A DNA stretch of 58,773 bases, filler included, from Catajapyx aquilonaris (Eukaryota): NCBI GenBank assembly GCA_000934665.2. It is 4 parts of 4 records of this genome, joined end to end, with 100 filler letters (N's around TTAATTAATTAA, not from the genome) between each part and the next. Parts side by side here need not be neighbours in the genome. Positions count along the whole stretch, not along the records: positions 29,315 to 44,129 come from KZ539730.1; positions 44,230 to 58,773 come from JYFJ02007748.1; 2 more parts are not named here. The stretch is one strand, 5' to 3'. This document shows, piece after piece, positions 38,301 to 49,622 of the stretch. The first letter of the stretch is position 1. Every line of letters starts with the position of its first letter. The position numbers and the translations under genes are program-made. Under the pieces are notes generated by a model. It was not told the origin of the DNA. It searched no databases and saw only the letters and a program-made list of their open reading frames with translations.

Positions 38301-41300
38301 TTCTGACTCGCATCTAGGGGGTCATCTTGGCTAACGGGCCCCCTGAGAGACTGCACATGACCCCCAACTTGATTACATTGCACTTGCACCAGTGTCCCCC
38401 CCTCCTTATCCCTACCCTGTCCCCTGCAGTGATGGTGGTATTCCACTCCCCTGAGCCCCCCGATGGTATCTCCACCTTATCGTGGTGGTGGGGTTTGCGT
38501 TTCTCCCATGACTTCTTACAGCCAGATAGCCACAGTTGCTTTGGCTTCTTCCAAATAAACCAAACCAAACCACTCCCCTGAGAGGGCCTTGGGCCCTAGC
38601 ACGGGCTATATCTAAAAATAAAATAACAAAATAAAACTTTTTTTATATAGATTTACATTACAATTCAAGGCAGATTCAAAGTTATGTTGCTTCTCAACCT
38701 CACATACAAGCTAATACATTTGGTGGCACATAAAAGTTAATATACCATAGTAACTATTCTAGTGGTCTGTAGTAATAAATAGCTTAATACAAACTGATTC
38801 CTAAAATAATTTCCTAAATGGATAATTCCATTGGTCTACATATACTGCATTGAAATAGTAATGAAAGAGTAAAGATTGAAAACAAAATAAAAATCGTAGG
38901 AGAAAATGGCAATGGATTCAGAATTGCTGTAAATAGTAGCCAAGAATACAGATTTTTTTTTCTCTCTAATATAAATGAGCCAATTTATTAGAAAAGCCAT
39001 GTTGAGAAAGTTTATTTTTGTAATTACTACCATTTTAAATTTTTCACAGCGTTTATAAGGGTCACCGTGAATGGTGGGACAAACATGTGGAGAAACTATC
39101 TCAGTTCATCCCAATCATCAGTGAGAGACCCTGTACCACATTTAATCACTGGTGACTTTGATTCAGTGCATCCCAACATTCTCAGCGAATTCCAGGCGAA
39201 GGGAGCAGAAGTGGTGCACACACCAGACCAAAATGAAACAGACTTCACAAAATGCATTCGAGAAGTGGCCAATGTTGCAAAGAAGAAAGATGTCAAGGTA
39301 GTGTTGAAGAACACTTTTTAGATAAAGAGCAGCATATGCTATTACTCTCTCGTTATGGTTGTTATGATAAAATAAGTGCCTAGCTTTCTTGCTGATTTTA
39401 CTTTGTCTTATCCTGCCGAAAAGTGTACATTTGCACAGCCATGTCTAATACTTTGACCAGACCCAGCCTTTCATCTGATTAGCCAGCAGTGGTGTGTAAT
39501 ATCTGGAATCCGGATTTTTAGGCAAATGCCTATTTAGTTCCTGAACAGTTGGGATGGTTTTGTGAAGAGATCTATACATTTCATGGGTGCAGGATGTGGA
39601 AAATGTAGGTTTTATAGTGCCTGAAATTGAATATTTCATGGTTTTGGGAACTGAGGCGCTCAGAGGAAGAACTGCATATCCCAACTGAGCTCCAATTTTG
39701 AGTTTGTAGTGCTATTGTACTCTCCTTCCATCTACGTACCTTTCATGTGCTGAAGTCCCAAATGAATTGGGACATGTCAAAGCTCACATTCCACTTGTAA
39801 ATTTTGTCCGTAGCTTTAGCTGCACGGTAAAGCAAAACACAAAAAGCCTCTTTTCTCAAAACAAACTCTGGTTGGGATATGCCGTTCTTCCTCTGAGCGC
39901 CTCAACTATTTTGCTTATTCTGGCTTTTTGCGACTTTTCATGCCTATTTGGCCTTTTTTGGGATAGTTTTTGAACTTTTTGACGCCATTTCGGGACCTTT
40001 TGTGCCTATTACGGACCTACTTCAGAGGCATATTTGGTTTTTTTGCGGAGTATTTTTTGTGCTCCTGAAAGTACCAAAATTGTTCAGAAGTAATACGAAT
40101 CACGTTTCCGTGACACATATGCCAAATATTCGTATAAATTTTCCTCTGATTGGAACAATCTGAGAAAATTTTTGATAACATATTGTGCAAGTGGAAACTG
40201 GCTATAAGCGGTAGAGTCCAGAGCAAGTGATATTTGCTTGCACTTTGTGTCTTTTGCCCAAGTTTCGTGATTTCCTGTCAATTTATCATTGTTATTAGGT
40301 TTTTCCTATGGTTTGTGACCTTACTTTAGGCCTACAAAATTATTCTAGCTTTTTATTTTCTGTAACATTATCCTCCCTATGCCTGAAAAAGTAAAGATTT
40401 TGTGCCTATTTGAGGTTTTTTCATGCCTATTTCGGGGTTTTCTCGTGCCTAAAAATCCGGACTCTAGTAATATCCAAAAAGAAATAAAGGAACTTGTGTA
40501 GCCAGTGCCACAGATACAGATTTTGCAGCCAATAAGTAAGTTTTATTGTCAAAAAATGTTTATGTACAGTATAGATATTATACCAAACTACAAACGTGAA
40601 TGAACTCCCAGTGAATTAAATTTTGTGAGTACCGTATTTACTCGCATATAAGACGCACCTTTTTTCCGATTTTTGTAGCTCAAAAAGTAGGGTGCATCTT
40701 ATACGCGTGTGCGTCTTATACGGCAGGGCACAACGGGTGAAACCCGTGAGAAATCGTGAAAATCGTTTATTGAAAAATTTAAGCTTGTCGGTTTGATGTC
40801 CTGTCAGCACAGTTGATCACTTTCCTCTTGAAATCGGCACGGTACGACCTGTGTTTCTCCTTCACTTCCATTGATATGCTCTCTCCGTCCACACACGTGC
40901 ACAATTCCGGTGTGACCTTGCCACCTATACGTTTCAGATGCGTNCCTTTACTGGATTCTAATGGATTCCACACGCACATGCATTGCACATGCATTGCACA
41001 CGAGGTTGCTGCCGGCAGCTCGAGGCCAGTTCCCAAACTACGGCAGTAAATCTGGGTGCGTCTTATATAAGTCAACAACCTTTTTTCCACAATTTTTCGC
41101 CTCAAAACCGGGGTGCGTCTTATATGCGAGTAAATACGGTAGTAATTACTTCAGAAGAGTTAATGGGGGAAAAAATATGTTGTACACTACTTGGGCTAAT
41201 TTCTTTATGAGCCTTGGAAAGAAAGTAGTGGTAGCACTGATTCAATAAGAGAACAAACTGGCTCCTTCACACCCCTTTCTACCTCCTGGTACTCAAATGT

Positions 41301-43726
41301 TCAAAGATGAATTTTTTCTCAGTGAAAAGCAGACAGTAAACATGATGTTTGTGTGACCTTGTCCTCACACCATTAGAAAAGAGTAATCTCAGTTTCATAA
41401 CTGCAGAAGTCAGCAGAAATAAACTTGACATTTTGCTGTTATGAATATTTTTTCCCCTTCGAAAAAGGGGACATTATGCCTGCGTTACAGACGTTATCGG
41501 ATCGGCGCGGGCGTAACAACACATTACTTAAATGTACTTGAAGTCTATTTGAAATGAAGGGTGCGGAAATATAATGTGCCTTCACTTTGATAGCTAGTAG
41601 AGAGTTTCTAGGATATAATTTCAAGTCGAGGCAAGTTAAATGTCTGCACCTGTATATGAAAATACATATCATGAGAAACCGTTACACCAAACCTGTGAGA
41701 GGTAGCAAAAATTTAAAACACCACCGAACCTTTTCGTAGGCTCAAAGTCTATGGAATGTGTGATTATTTATTAAATTTGTTATTAAATTGGGATACTGCC
41801 CCATCACTGAACACATTAATTCACTGGAACATCCTATACCCACTTCTTTGCACATCATCCAGGATTTCTGACAGGAACGTGCACACAGAACACTTGCTCT
41901 GCTGCAGATTATCACAAATTATATATACCAGTACCGTTTGGTTTTGGATGCAGGTAGCTATGGAGTAATTTCCATTACAGACAATAACCCCCGTAACAAC
42001 TATCATCCATAACACATTAGACCATTAATCAACCTTAATCACGGCATTTATGAGTCATCTTCTCCTTTCCCTTGATGTCCCCAAATTTGATGCGAGGAAT
42101 GGTGGTGATCAAAAAATAGCCCTCCATGTGACAGAAACTTTGTCGCATTTATGTTTTAGGGAGGGGTGACTGATTATTATTGGTCTGTATAACTCCAGAA
42201 GCAATTAATATTATTTATCTGCATATATGCATGTGCTCAGTGATGATCGGGTGTAACTATTCTGCACTGTTATTTCTTGGCATGTCACATGTGCAAATTG
42301 TAACGAGCTTTTCTTTATGTGCTTCCTCAGGGAGCTTGTACACCCATGTAAAATCAGTCATGTGTGTACGTTGTTTCCACACCTACACACATGTATGAAA
42401 TAAGGGTGCCGGTGTACTGAAATTAAATTTGGACTATGCCCTTTCAACATGCAGAGAAGATTTTCTCCTATGATAAAAAATTTTCATCCCTGGCATGTTG
42501 ACATTATCATGGAATTGCTCTGCCTTTTAATTGTGTCCTAAATGAATAGCATTGAACATATTTGATATGCATTTTATACACTATCAGGGCATACTGATAT
42601 GTCAAAGTGTGCCAGTGATGCATATCTTAAGCCTTTGTTGTTCATCGTGCCACTGCTTAACGAAATGGAAATATTTTTTTTCCTAATTTGACAGGTGAAT
42701 AGTGCCAGTCATAAAGGATCCCTTCCAGGACATGTTTTTCTTCTGACCGCTGCAATTTTTTGTGGAAGTTGACCATAGTAATATCAGATGGAAAAGTGAA
42801 GTAAATTTTGAATTGATTCAGGTATGCAAAATTTTGCATTTCAAATTCTCAATTTTGCAATTTCTCAATTTTCAAATCCCAACAGGAAGCACTAGTAGTT
42901 AGAAAATTTTAATATTTCATGCAATAGTAGATCGGGACTGATTTTTCGATATGCCAATTGCTTATTTAAATGGAACTAAAGATGTTAACGTGTCCAAAAT
43001 CCTATCCTCCCATTGTATTTCCCTGTTTGAACCTGTGTAACCAGTGTTGCAAACATGCAAAGTCATTTATTTCATTAAGTACTGGTATTTGTTTGAGTAA
43101 CAATGGAATCTCGAAAATTTAGGCACAATCTACCATTGCTTGAAAAATTAAATCTAACTTTCTTGGCCCCTCCTGTTGTGATGAGTTATGAACTATTTCC
43201 ACTAAAAATTGTCACTATGGTAGGAAAAAAAGCTCCTGCAAGGGATCCTTTCATGTCAAAACATAATAGGACTTTTATATTCAGAAGGGAGTCTTGTACC
43301 TGTGGTTTCATGCTGACTTCATATTTTCCAAACGTCCCTGTTCAGCCACCTACCAACATGTGTGCAATGAACACTGGATTGTAAAATTATTTTCATACCG
43401 AAGTTCCACTACATACTTTTAACCTGCACAGTTATGAATTGAGAATGTATTCCTATTATCCTTACAGCTTCAGGGAATAGCAGCTGTGATGGAAAATGGG
43501 GAGAGGTTCGATCACATAATGGGAAACATTAACACACTGTTCAAGTCTCCATCCATTGTGGACATTCCTATCTACCTTCTGACTAGAACTTCCATGACAT
43601 GGCTACTTCAACCAGGTCACCACCACATACATGTCAGCAGTGAATTTTCTAGATGCTGGTGTGGACTTGTACCTGTTGGAAGTGAGTGTCCAAGTGTCAC
43701 CACCGAAGGGCTCAAATGGAACCTAG
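33384..43726 (+). CDS. TPK1: Thiamine pyrophosphokinase 1 (3 exons visible; terminal exon not found)
   Basis: Exons 33384-33516 (MSMAPPISAFNP...AVLVLN...RIWDR, phase 1), 39050-39297 (AFIRVTVNGGTN...LITGDFDS...TPDQNETDFTKC, phase 0) and 43468-43726 (GERFDHIMGNINTLF...WLLQPGHHHI...WCGLVPVG...VTTEGLKWNL, phase 1) join in frame with GT-AG sites. GDFDS, PDQxxTDFTK, RFDxIM and TTxGLKWNL are eukaryotic TPK signatures. Confidence 0.92.
33776..33928. mobile_element. PIF/Harbinger-like MITE
   Basis: Long imperfect TIRs AGGTGAGTTTACATGTGAGTGATTTGATGAGCAAAATC / GATTTTGCTCGTCAAATCGCTCACATGTAAATGTACCT. Confidence 0.65.
34058..34201. mobile_element. PIF/Harbinger-like MITE, TTA TSD
   Basis: TIR AGGTGTGTTTACATGT / ACATGTAAACACACCT, flanked by TTA on both sides. 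Confidence 0.75.
34321..34439. repeat. Small inverted-repeat element (probable MITE)
   Basis: CGAAGGGGTAACCACT ... AGTGGTTACCCCCTCG ends. Confidence 0.5.
34841..34955. repeat. Hairpin / MITE relic
   Basis: AATGGAAAATCGCAGAGGGTTGGTTCATTATGATGCA pairs with TGCATCATAATGAACCAACCCTCTGTGATTTTCCATT. Confidence 0.7.
35039..35376 (+). mobile_element. tRNA-derived SINE, family A (short form)
   Basis: tRNA-like head with B box GGTTCGAATCC, shared body GGTTTTCTGTGGTTTCCC...ATAGGCCACAGCCGCTTCCTTCC, 3' stem-loop, (AAT)n/(TAT)n tail; 17-bp TSD TACTATTTATTATTATC at 35022-35038 and 35377-35393. Confidence 0.9.
35906..36661. mobile_element. Non-autonomous TTAA-targeting DNA element (Kolobok-like: GG...CC ends)
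   Basis: TTAA at 35902-35905 and 36662-36665; imperfect TIRs GGGGGGATAAAGAGAATTTG / CAAATTCTAATGATCTCCTCC; removing it restores a continuous SINE. Confidence 0.7.
36324..36575 (-). mobile_element. tRNA-derived SINE, family B, with V-domain-like core
   Basis: Minus-strand head has A box TGGCCGAGTGG and B box GAGTTCGATTCC; core GCGTGGGTTTTCTCGGGGTTCTCCCGTTTCCTCCCAC; 17-bp TSD TTTGTGAACGGAGGGTA at 36307-36323 and 36576-36592. Confidence 0.88.
38080..38645 (+). mobile_element. tRNA-derived SINE, family A (long form), with internal insertion
   Basis: Colinear with the 58357-58773 copy; A-rich tail; short TSD TATAGATTT (38071-38079, 38646-38654). Confidence 0.9.
38456..38569 (+). mobile_element. 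114-bp retroposon insertion, RTE-like 5' motif plus (AAACC)n tail
   Basis: 13-bp TSD CCACTCCCCTGAG (38443-38455, 38570-38582); the site is empty in the 58357 SINE copy; CCACCTTATCGTGGTGGTGGGGTTTGCGT resembles the RTE-clade 5' motif as I recall it. Confidence 0.65.
39504..40466. mobile_element. hAT-type non-autonomous element in TPK1 intron 2
   Basis: TIR TGGAATCCGGATTTTTAGGCA / TGCCTAAAAATCCGGACTCTA; 8-bp TSD GTAATATC (39496-39503, 40467-40474); subterminal TGCCTA repeats. Confidence 0.8.
39653..39903. mobile_element. Sola-like MITE nested in the hAT element
   Basis: TIR GAGGCGCTCAGAGGAAGAAC.GCATATCCCAAC; 4-bp TSD AACT. Confidence 0.8.
40632..41139 (-). mobile_element. Tc2/pogo-type (Tc1/mariner) deletion derivative with transposase N-terminal relic
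   Basis: Perfect TIR CCGTATTTACTCGCATATAAGACGCACC, TA TSD; minus-strand KHRSYRADFKRKVINCADRTSNRQA resembles a Brinker-type DNA-binding domain of pogo-like transposases. Confidence 0.82.
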
Positions 43727-44129
43727 GTAAATCTGGATTTTTGCATTGTCACATTTGTCACCGAGGAAAGTGAGTTAAGTGGGGCATTTCATACTAGTGG
43801 CTCATCCAACTGTAAGTGTAATTATTGGACCAAAGGCCCAAAGTAGAGGTGAGAAATGTTTAGGCACCAACCACTACCCACCTAAATGACGTTTCGTTGT
43901 CCCACAGACAAATGCTGCCACCCACACTGCAGCTTTTTAATACTGACGTAATATTGGCAGGTAGCAACCTGTACTATCACGGTCAAAAAGATTGTCGGAC
44001 TGTTATGGAATCGTCCGCGACTTTTTCTCCCGCCAATCAGTGTGCCAGGTGCAGGTGATTTGGGCGAGTGCCTTCGACAGCTTTCCTCCCGCGACCTTAT
44101 GACACGTGCTCGAATTTTCACCGGTGGGG

Positions 44130-44229
44130 NNNNNNNNNNNNNNNNNNNNNNNNNNNNNNNNNNNNNNNNNNNNTTAATTAATTAANNNNNNNNNNNNNNN
44201 NNNNNNNNNNNNNNNNNNNNNNNNNNNNN
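44130..44229. other. Assembly gap: 100-bp N spacer with TTAATTAATTAA
   Basis: Same construct; lies about 400 bp after TPK1 exon 3. Confidence 0.95.
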
Positions 44230-47200
44230 AAGACGTAATTAAAGCGATTCGCCGATTTTCGTCAAAATCTGACAACCCAAGGGTCAATTTTCCTTAAAAG
44301 CTCGGTGAATTGACATGGAATGACCCGTGTAACATTCCAAATCTGCTCTTATGCTGACCATATTGTATTGTTAAGCAGTATATCACAGTACAGTTTCACA
44401 ATGGACACCCACCAAGTGAAATGATTTTTTTGTGAGATATCATTTAAGTTATGTAAGATGTATCGCAACGAAATCGTTTACCTTCAGGTGCTTCCCTGTT
44501 TGCTATTTCATCAAGTTGTTTGTGTACCGGTGTGCTTCGAAGGAATTGTCTCTCGACATACCGCATCGATTTTTTCTTATCTACGGTTTCTAGATACAGG
44601 TTACATCATTTTCTTGGATGCGTGAAGAGGCGGGTCGTTGCGTATCTGAGAAAACGTTCACTGGATCGCTCGAAGTCAAACATAATGAACACTAAAATAC
44701 GCTTCCGCGATTTACGAGCCAGTTTATTGAGGACCATAAGTTTCACGAAAATAGCAATAAACCTCTCATATCTTCCGGCCAAGAAGAATAGAGTTCTTCA
44801 TGGTCCGACTTTGGCTAGTGTTCAACTTTGCACTCATGGTCAATAATTGACATTGTCCTTGCATTAAAAAGGTGATGCAGGCCAGTTGTATCAACTCAGA
44901 GAAACTTCTATACGGTAAAGTGTCAAAAATTCGAAAAAAAGGTTTTTTTCAGAAATTTAATTGTCTCCTGCAATCTCCTACTGATGAAAAGGACTGCGGT
45001 AGCTGCGCATTCAACATGGGGATAATAATTCTCATGCAAACTTGTATAGTATTATCAAACTAGCCTGGGTTGCTCCGTGGTTATGAATAATAAGCGTGGA
45101 AGTGGCTATACGGGTATGATTTAGACCAAATGCGAGGTTTGTTTCCAATCTAACCTTTGTGCCACTTTTGTAACGACCCAAAAAAGTTCCAGTTGAATCC
45201 CAAATTGGCTTGCTTGGAAAAAATATCGAGGAAAGGGTGCTGTAGTGTAGCTCACAGGGCAAGCTTGGGGAAACTAGAAAAAGGAGGGAGGAAAAAAGTT
45301 TGTAATTTTTGACTAGAGTAGGATTGGGAAATCGTCCAAAGGTGGGTTTGTAAGGAATTGGGAGACCTCTTGGGGACACTAGACCGGACTTGCAGGATTT
45401 TTGCTCCTGCCTGCTTTTCAAAGGGAACTTGTTCACATTCGAGAGGTAAAAAAAAAAAGTTGGTCAGCCTGCAACTCTGGAAATATGATTGATCTTACCA
45501 ACATTTTGCATTAGAAAGTTTCAGGATGGTTTTTTGTGGAGTTAAAGACTTGTAGAGAGTAATGCTTTCTCATAAGAATAGTATTTGTTAGGAAAAGTTT
45601 TTGTGTCGAGCTCTAGAATTTAATAAACTTGATGTAGGTAGATTTTTTTGGCTATTTTAAAGGCCGTCATGCTTTGTCAGTATATATTTTTTAAATTGCA
45701 ACATTGGCTCAGCGAAAATTATGTTTCTAATATGTCACTGTATAGTTTTTGGCACAGTGAACTACAAGATATTCCCTACATAATTATGCTTACAATGGTG
45801 ACAAAATAAATTTTTTATCACACTCCATAATCCTAGCTTGATTATATGCTCTACCATATAACGTTGATCTAAGATTTCCTACCGTTCAGAATATCTCGCC
45901 CGTACCGTACCGTACAATGTTGTAGTTGCTTTATAAGCAACATGATTGGTATAGCATGCATGAGAGGATAAAGGAGAATTTTCCTAAGTAAATTTAATCC
46001 CAGTATAAAGGATATTGATAGCAAAATTGGTCTGTTCATAACTATCCACTGATCAAATGTAAACGCTGCTTTTTGATGGGTTTACATGGTAGGGCCTAGG
46101 GATATTTTCTCATAATTATATAGGCCAGCCTCTAGGGGTAGAGCAGAAAAATTAACCTGGGTGGGAACCATGCTTTTTGTGGTCTTGTGGGTCGAAAGTA
46201 CGCTACGTGACAATGCCAGGCTATGATGGAGACTTGAACTGAAAATCTGCCATAACAGTTGCCATCTTGTAAAATAGCCATCGTTTTCTTTATATTGTCC
46301 AATATCTTGCGGTAACCGTCCCCCGTTTAAGAAAACCGATCATGTGAAAGTTTTAGAGCTCTAGTCTGATAAATATGTCATGGAATGGAATTTTATCCCA
46401 CCAAGAAATCCAGTCACGTTGCCCGTCACTTTCATCCGATGCCCAGCAGCCGAAAGTCAAACTAATATCTGTCCAAAAGTTCCCTAGTAAACTTTAGAAT
46501 TTGCTTTCAAAAGCATGCAGCAGATGGAAAATGTTTGGAACATCCTTTACGTAAAAATTAATATGGTTTTATCTTATTCACTGTACAGTGTACGACTTAT
46601 GAGGAAGAAGTTTGTGAGCGTCCCTGGCCAATACGTTCACCATGTTACTGTATTATTTTCTGTCTGGGAGATTAGAACAAGTTAATTTGGATATGTCAAA
46701 ACTTGTTGACAAAATGGTCATCAAGTGGGTATTATCTGGTGACACCCAGTACTAGATGACGGGAGTGTCTGAATTGTGTATGGAGTCGTGAAGCAGCCTC
46801 GGAGGAGGCTAGTCCTAATAAATACGTTATTGGCAACCTGTACATTATTGGACCACGGCCACAACCCTTAGTGACTCTGCGGGGTCAGGGGAGATGACCT
46901 ATGGAGCTCATATAGTTTGTTTGGCCTACCAAAATATGTGACATGGGTTCCGCTTATATTTATAGCGAATTGCACAGTTTTGATTTAACCCACACCCGAT
47001 AAGATTAAGGAGAAAAAGCTGCGCAAACTTGTGCCGGAGATTGAGAAACGTATCTATTCGAAGCACCCCATCAGCACGTTCACTCCAGTGGCTCCTTCCG
47101 ATCCTGGAAAAGGTTTGGCATTCCGGATACAGATAGGAAAGAGCCTTTCACAACTCGCGTAATTATTCTCCAAATGTGACTAGGCCCCTGCGTTTCAAAA

Positions 47201-49046
47201 AAAAAATAGGTCAATTGTTTTCTAAGTTACGTCAAACAATGGGATAGATGGCATTATCCCGAATTGGCCCATACGTAATACGGAAGCTTATAATTCTCAC
47301 GAATCCTGTCTAGGATATTGAGGAATCGGAGTATATTGCCAGTAGCAGGTGGCAAATGTGGAGTTCGGTTCTAGAGACCGTCTCTTGTGACGCCTATTCT
47401 CTACAAGTGATTGAACTCACGCCTTATCCCAGGCAACCCGTGTCGCAAAGCTTAAGGACTCAACCAGATATCCAATACGCGATCAAGTGGAACGTATTGC
47501 TGCGAGGAACCAGTTACCTGAACAAAGCTTGTCTTTTTTGCGCCTTCTATCCAAGAGAGTTGGATGAACGTGCTTATCCGTGGGCTCAGGTTCCTTTGAT
47601 ACCAACTCAGTCTTTTGCCAGAAGCATTGGAAGAGTGCGTGAGGGTCTCTTTTCAGGCCATCTTGGAAGTCCTTGGAATCCATCAAAATGCTGATATCGC
47701 GAAGAGCTACGGTGAAGGATTGACTTACTCGGTTACTCGGTATGCATCTGTTTCAAAACAGGTTTGCTAAACAATGGTTGTTTCCTCGAGGAGAGAGGAT
47801 GGTAGCGGAAAACTAGATTTCTTGTGCCTACACAATATAGGACTATCTAGTGGCCTTAGATTAAATCACAATATACTGTACCTCCGGTGTACAGTTTCAT
47901 GTTCCGCATATTTTAGGAGCATATCCCAAAGCTGTGGGCATGGAGTATACAATTATTGTTATTTAGCTTGTTTTGTTTGTAGTGTGATTAACATTGCGCT
48001 CTCCTAACAATGTGCTTCCTTATATAATGTATTTTTAAAATCAAAAACTTCAAGAAATGTCGATTCCGACTGCGGTGAGGTGTCCTGTAAGAGAAGCTAT
48101 TTTTTGAGGTATAGGCCTACACGGATCTCCCGAGAAAACTTTTGCATAAATAATCCAATTTCAGGGATGTAGCTGACCCAGTTCTTTGAGTATTTTAAAA
48201 TCAAACAGTATGCAGGCAGGATGAATCACTTGGTCTAGACATATGCTGTGTCCCAATGTTAAACTACAGTACACTAAGCCTACTTTGCCCCATGCTTCAC
48301 TGGCTGTACTGTACCTCGTTCAAGGATTAAAGTTCTTTTTAAAAAAATATGCCATGGTGATTCCACGAAGCTGTAAATCTGATTATTAACACGCTTCAGA
48401 AAAGTTGCAGCCTGACTGCAGCAGCTATATTTTTTAACAGCTGACTTTGCATCAGGCAGCATTGGCGCCCTCCGATTTTTCGGCTTCACGTCTTTCTGGT
48501 TCCATTCCACGTAGCTTCCCTTTCCCTCCCATAAAACCTACGAAGCACGCATTGTAGGGACAAAGAGAGAATCCACGTCCGAAACTTTCCAATAAGATAT
48601 CTCGGGGAATTTCAACTTGGAATCCCGAGTTTTAGGAAAGGGATGAAAGCTTTTATGTGATCCTCTTTTCACCGCTGATCCATTGGTCAGGACAAATTCA
48701 ACACGTCCTCACATGAAACAATGATTACTTAGGAAATGCAGTAAGATTAAGTTAAACCAGGTCTGAATTTCGGTGTATTTAACACTTTCACACTGCTTGA
48801 GCATCTGTGCATGAACGAGTTTGTGATATATGGACTCTGGCCTTATCTGGTAGGCGTAATTAACCCATCACCTTGATTTACCCAGCCTTACTGTGGCTTT
48901 CCTCCGGTGACACCGTGTAAGCTATATATTTGGTGGAGCTCCCATGTAAAAAAAAAATATCTGCTAAAAGCTTAAACGGAAATTTCCGTCACTCTATATC
49001 TCGGAAAGCGTGGCATGCTAATTAGACTGAAACGAGCTAAACTTTA

Positions 49047-49622
49047 GCTTAAGTTTGTATAGTCGCCAGTACAATAAGGGTACAGTACCAAACCTGAAGA
49101 AGGTTTATCCTAAAGGGTATGCCACCCAGACCACCCAACCGAAGGCAAACAGGCTTGGGACCAGCCCCCGGACACTACCCCTACAATCTTATCTTATCGC
49201 CTGCCGGGACGTTTTGCTTGTGGTGCTCACTTGAGAGCGCCATGAGACCTTTCACTGCTCCATTATGTGGCGATCCTACCGGACTACGCTGAACTTTATA
49301 GGTACAAGAGGGAAGCGCTACATTGGGGGACCCAACATGGTCGCCGCCGGCCATGTTGGGCCCGCATGTAGCGGCTTCTCTTCTACCTTAGTTCAGCATA
49401 GTCCGGTAGGGTCGCCACATAATGGAGCAGTGAAAAGCGGTCTCATGGCGCTCTCAAGTGAGCACCTCATGCAGGCGATAAGAGGGAGTGTCCAGACCTT
49501 AATATTCCAACTTTCCAAGACCATGTTTGGGACGCTCAAGTGGTGTTTCGGGTGGCCTACCTTTCAGGATAAACCTGATTCGGGTCTGGACAGGTGTGCT
49601 GGCGACTGTGCAAATATAAGCC
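49047..49622. mobile_element. Long palindromic MITE / foldback (~575 bp)
   Basis: Arms pair almost to the centre (~49345), e.g. GGTGCTCACTTGAGAGCGCCATGAGACC / GGTCTCATGGCGCTCTCAAGTGAGCACC and AGGTTTATCCT / AGGATAAACCT; TA flanks. Confidence 0.8.

Noticed and set aside
43908..43951. Candidate TPK1 terminal exon after CCCACAG
   Set aside because: Translates to KCCHPHCSFLILT-stop with no similarity to the TPK C-terminus.
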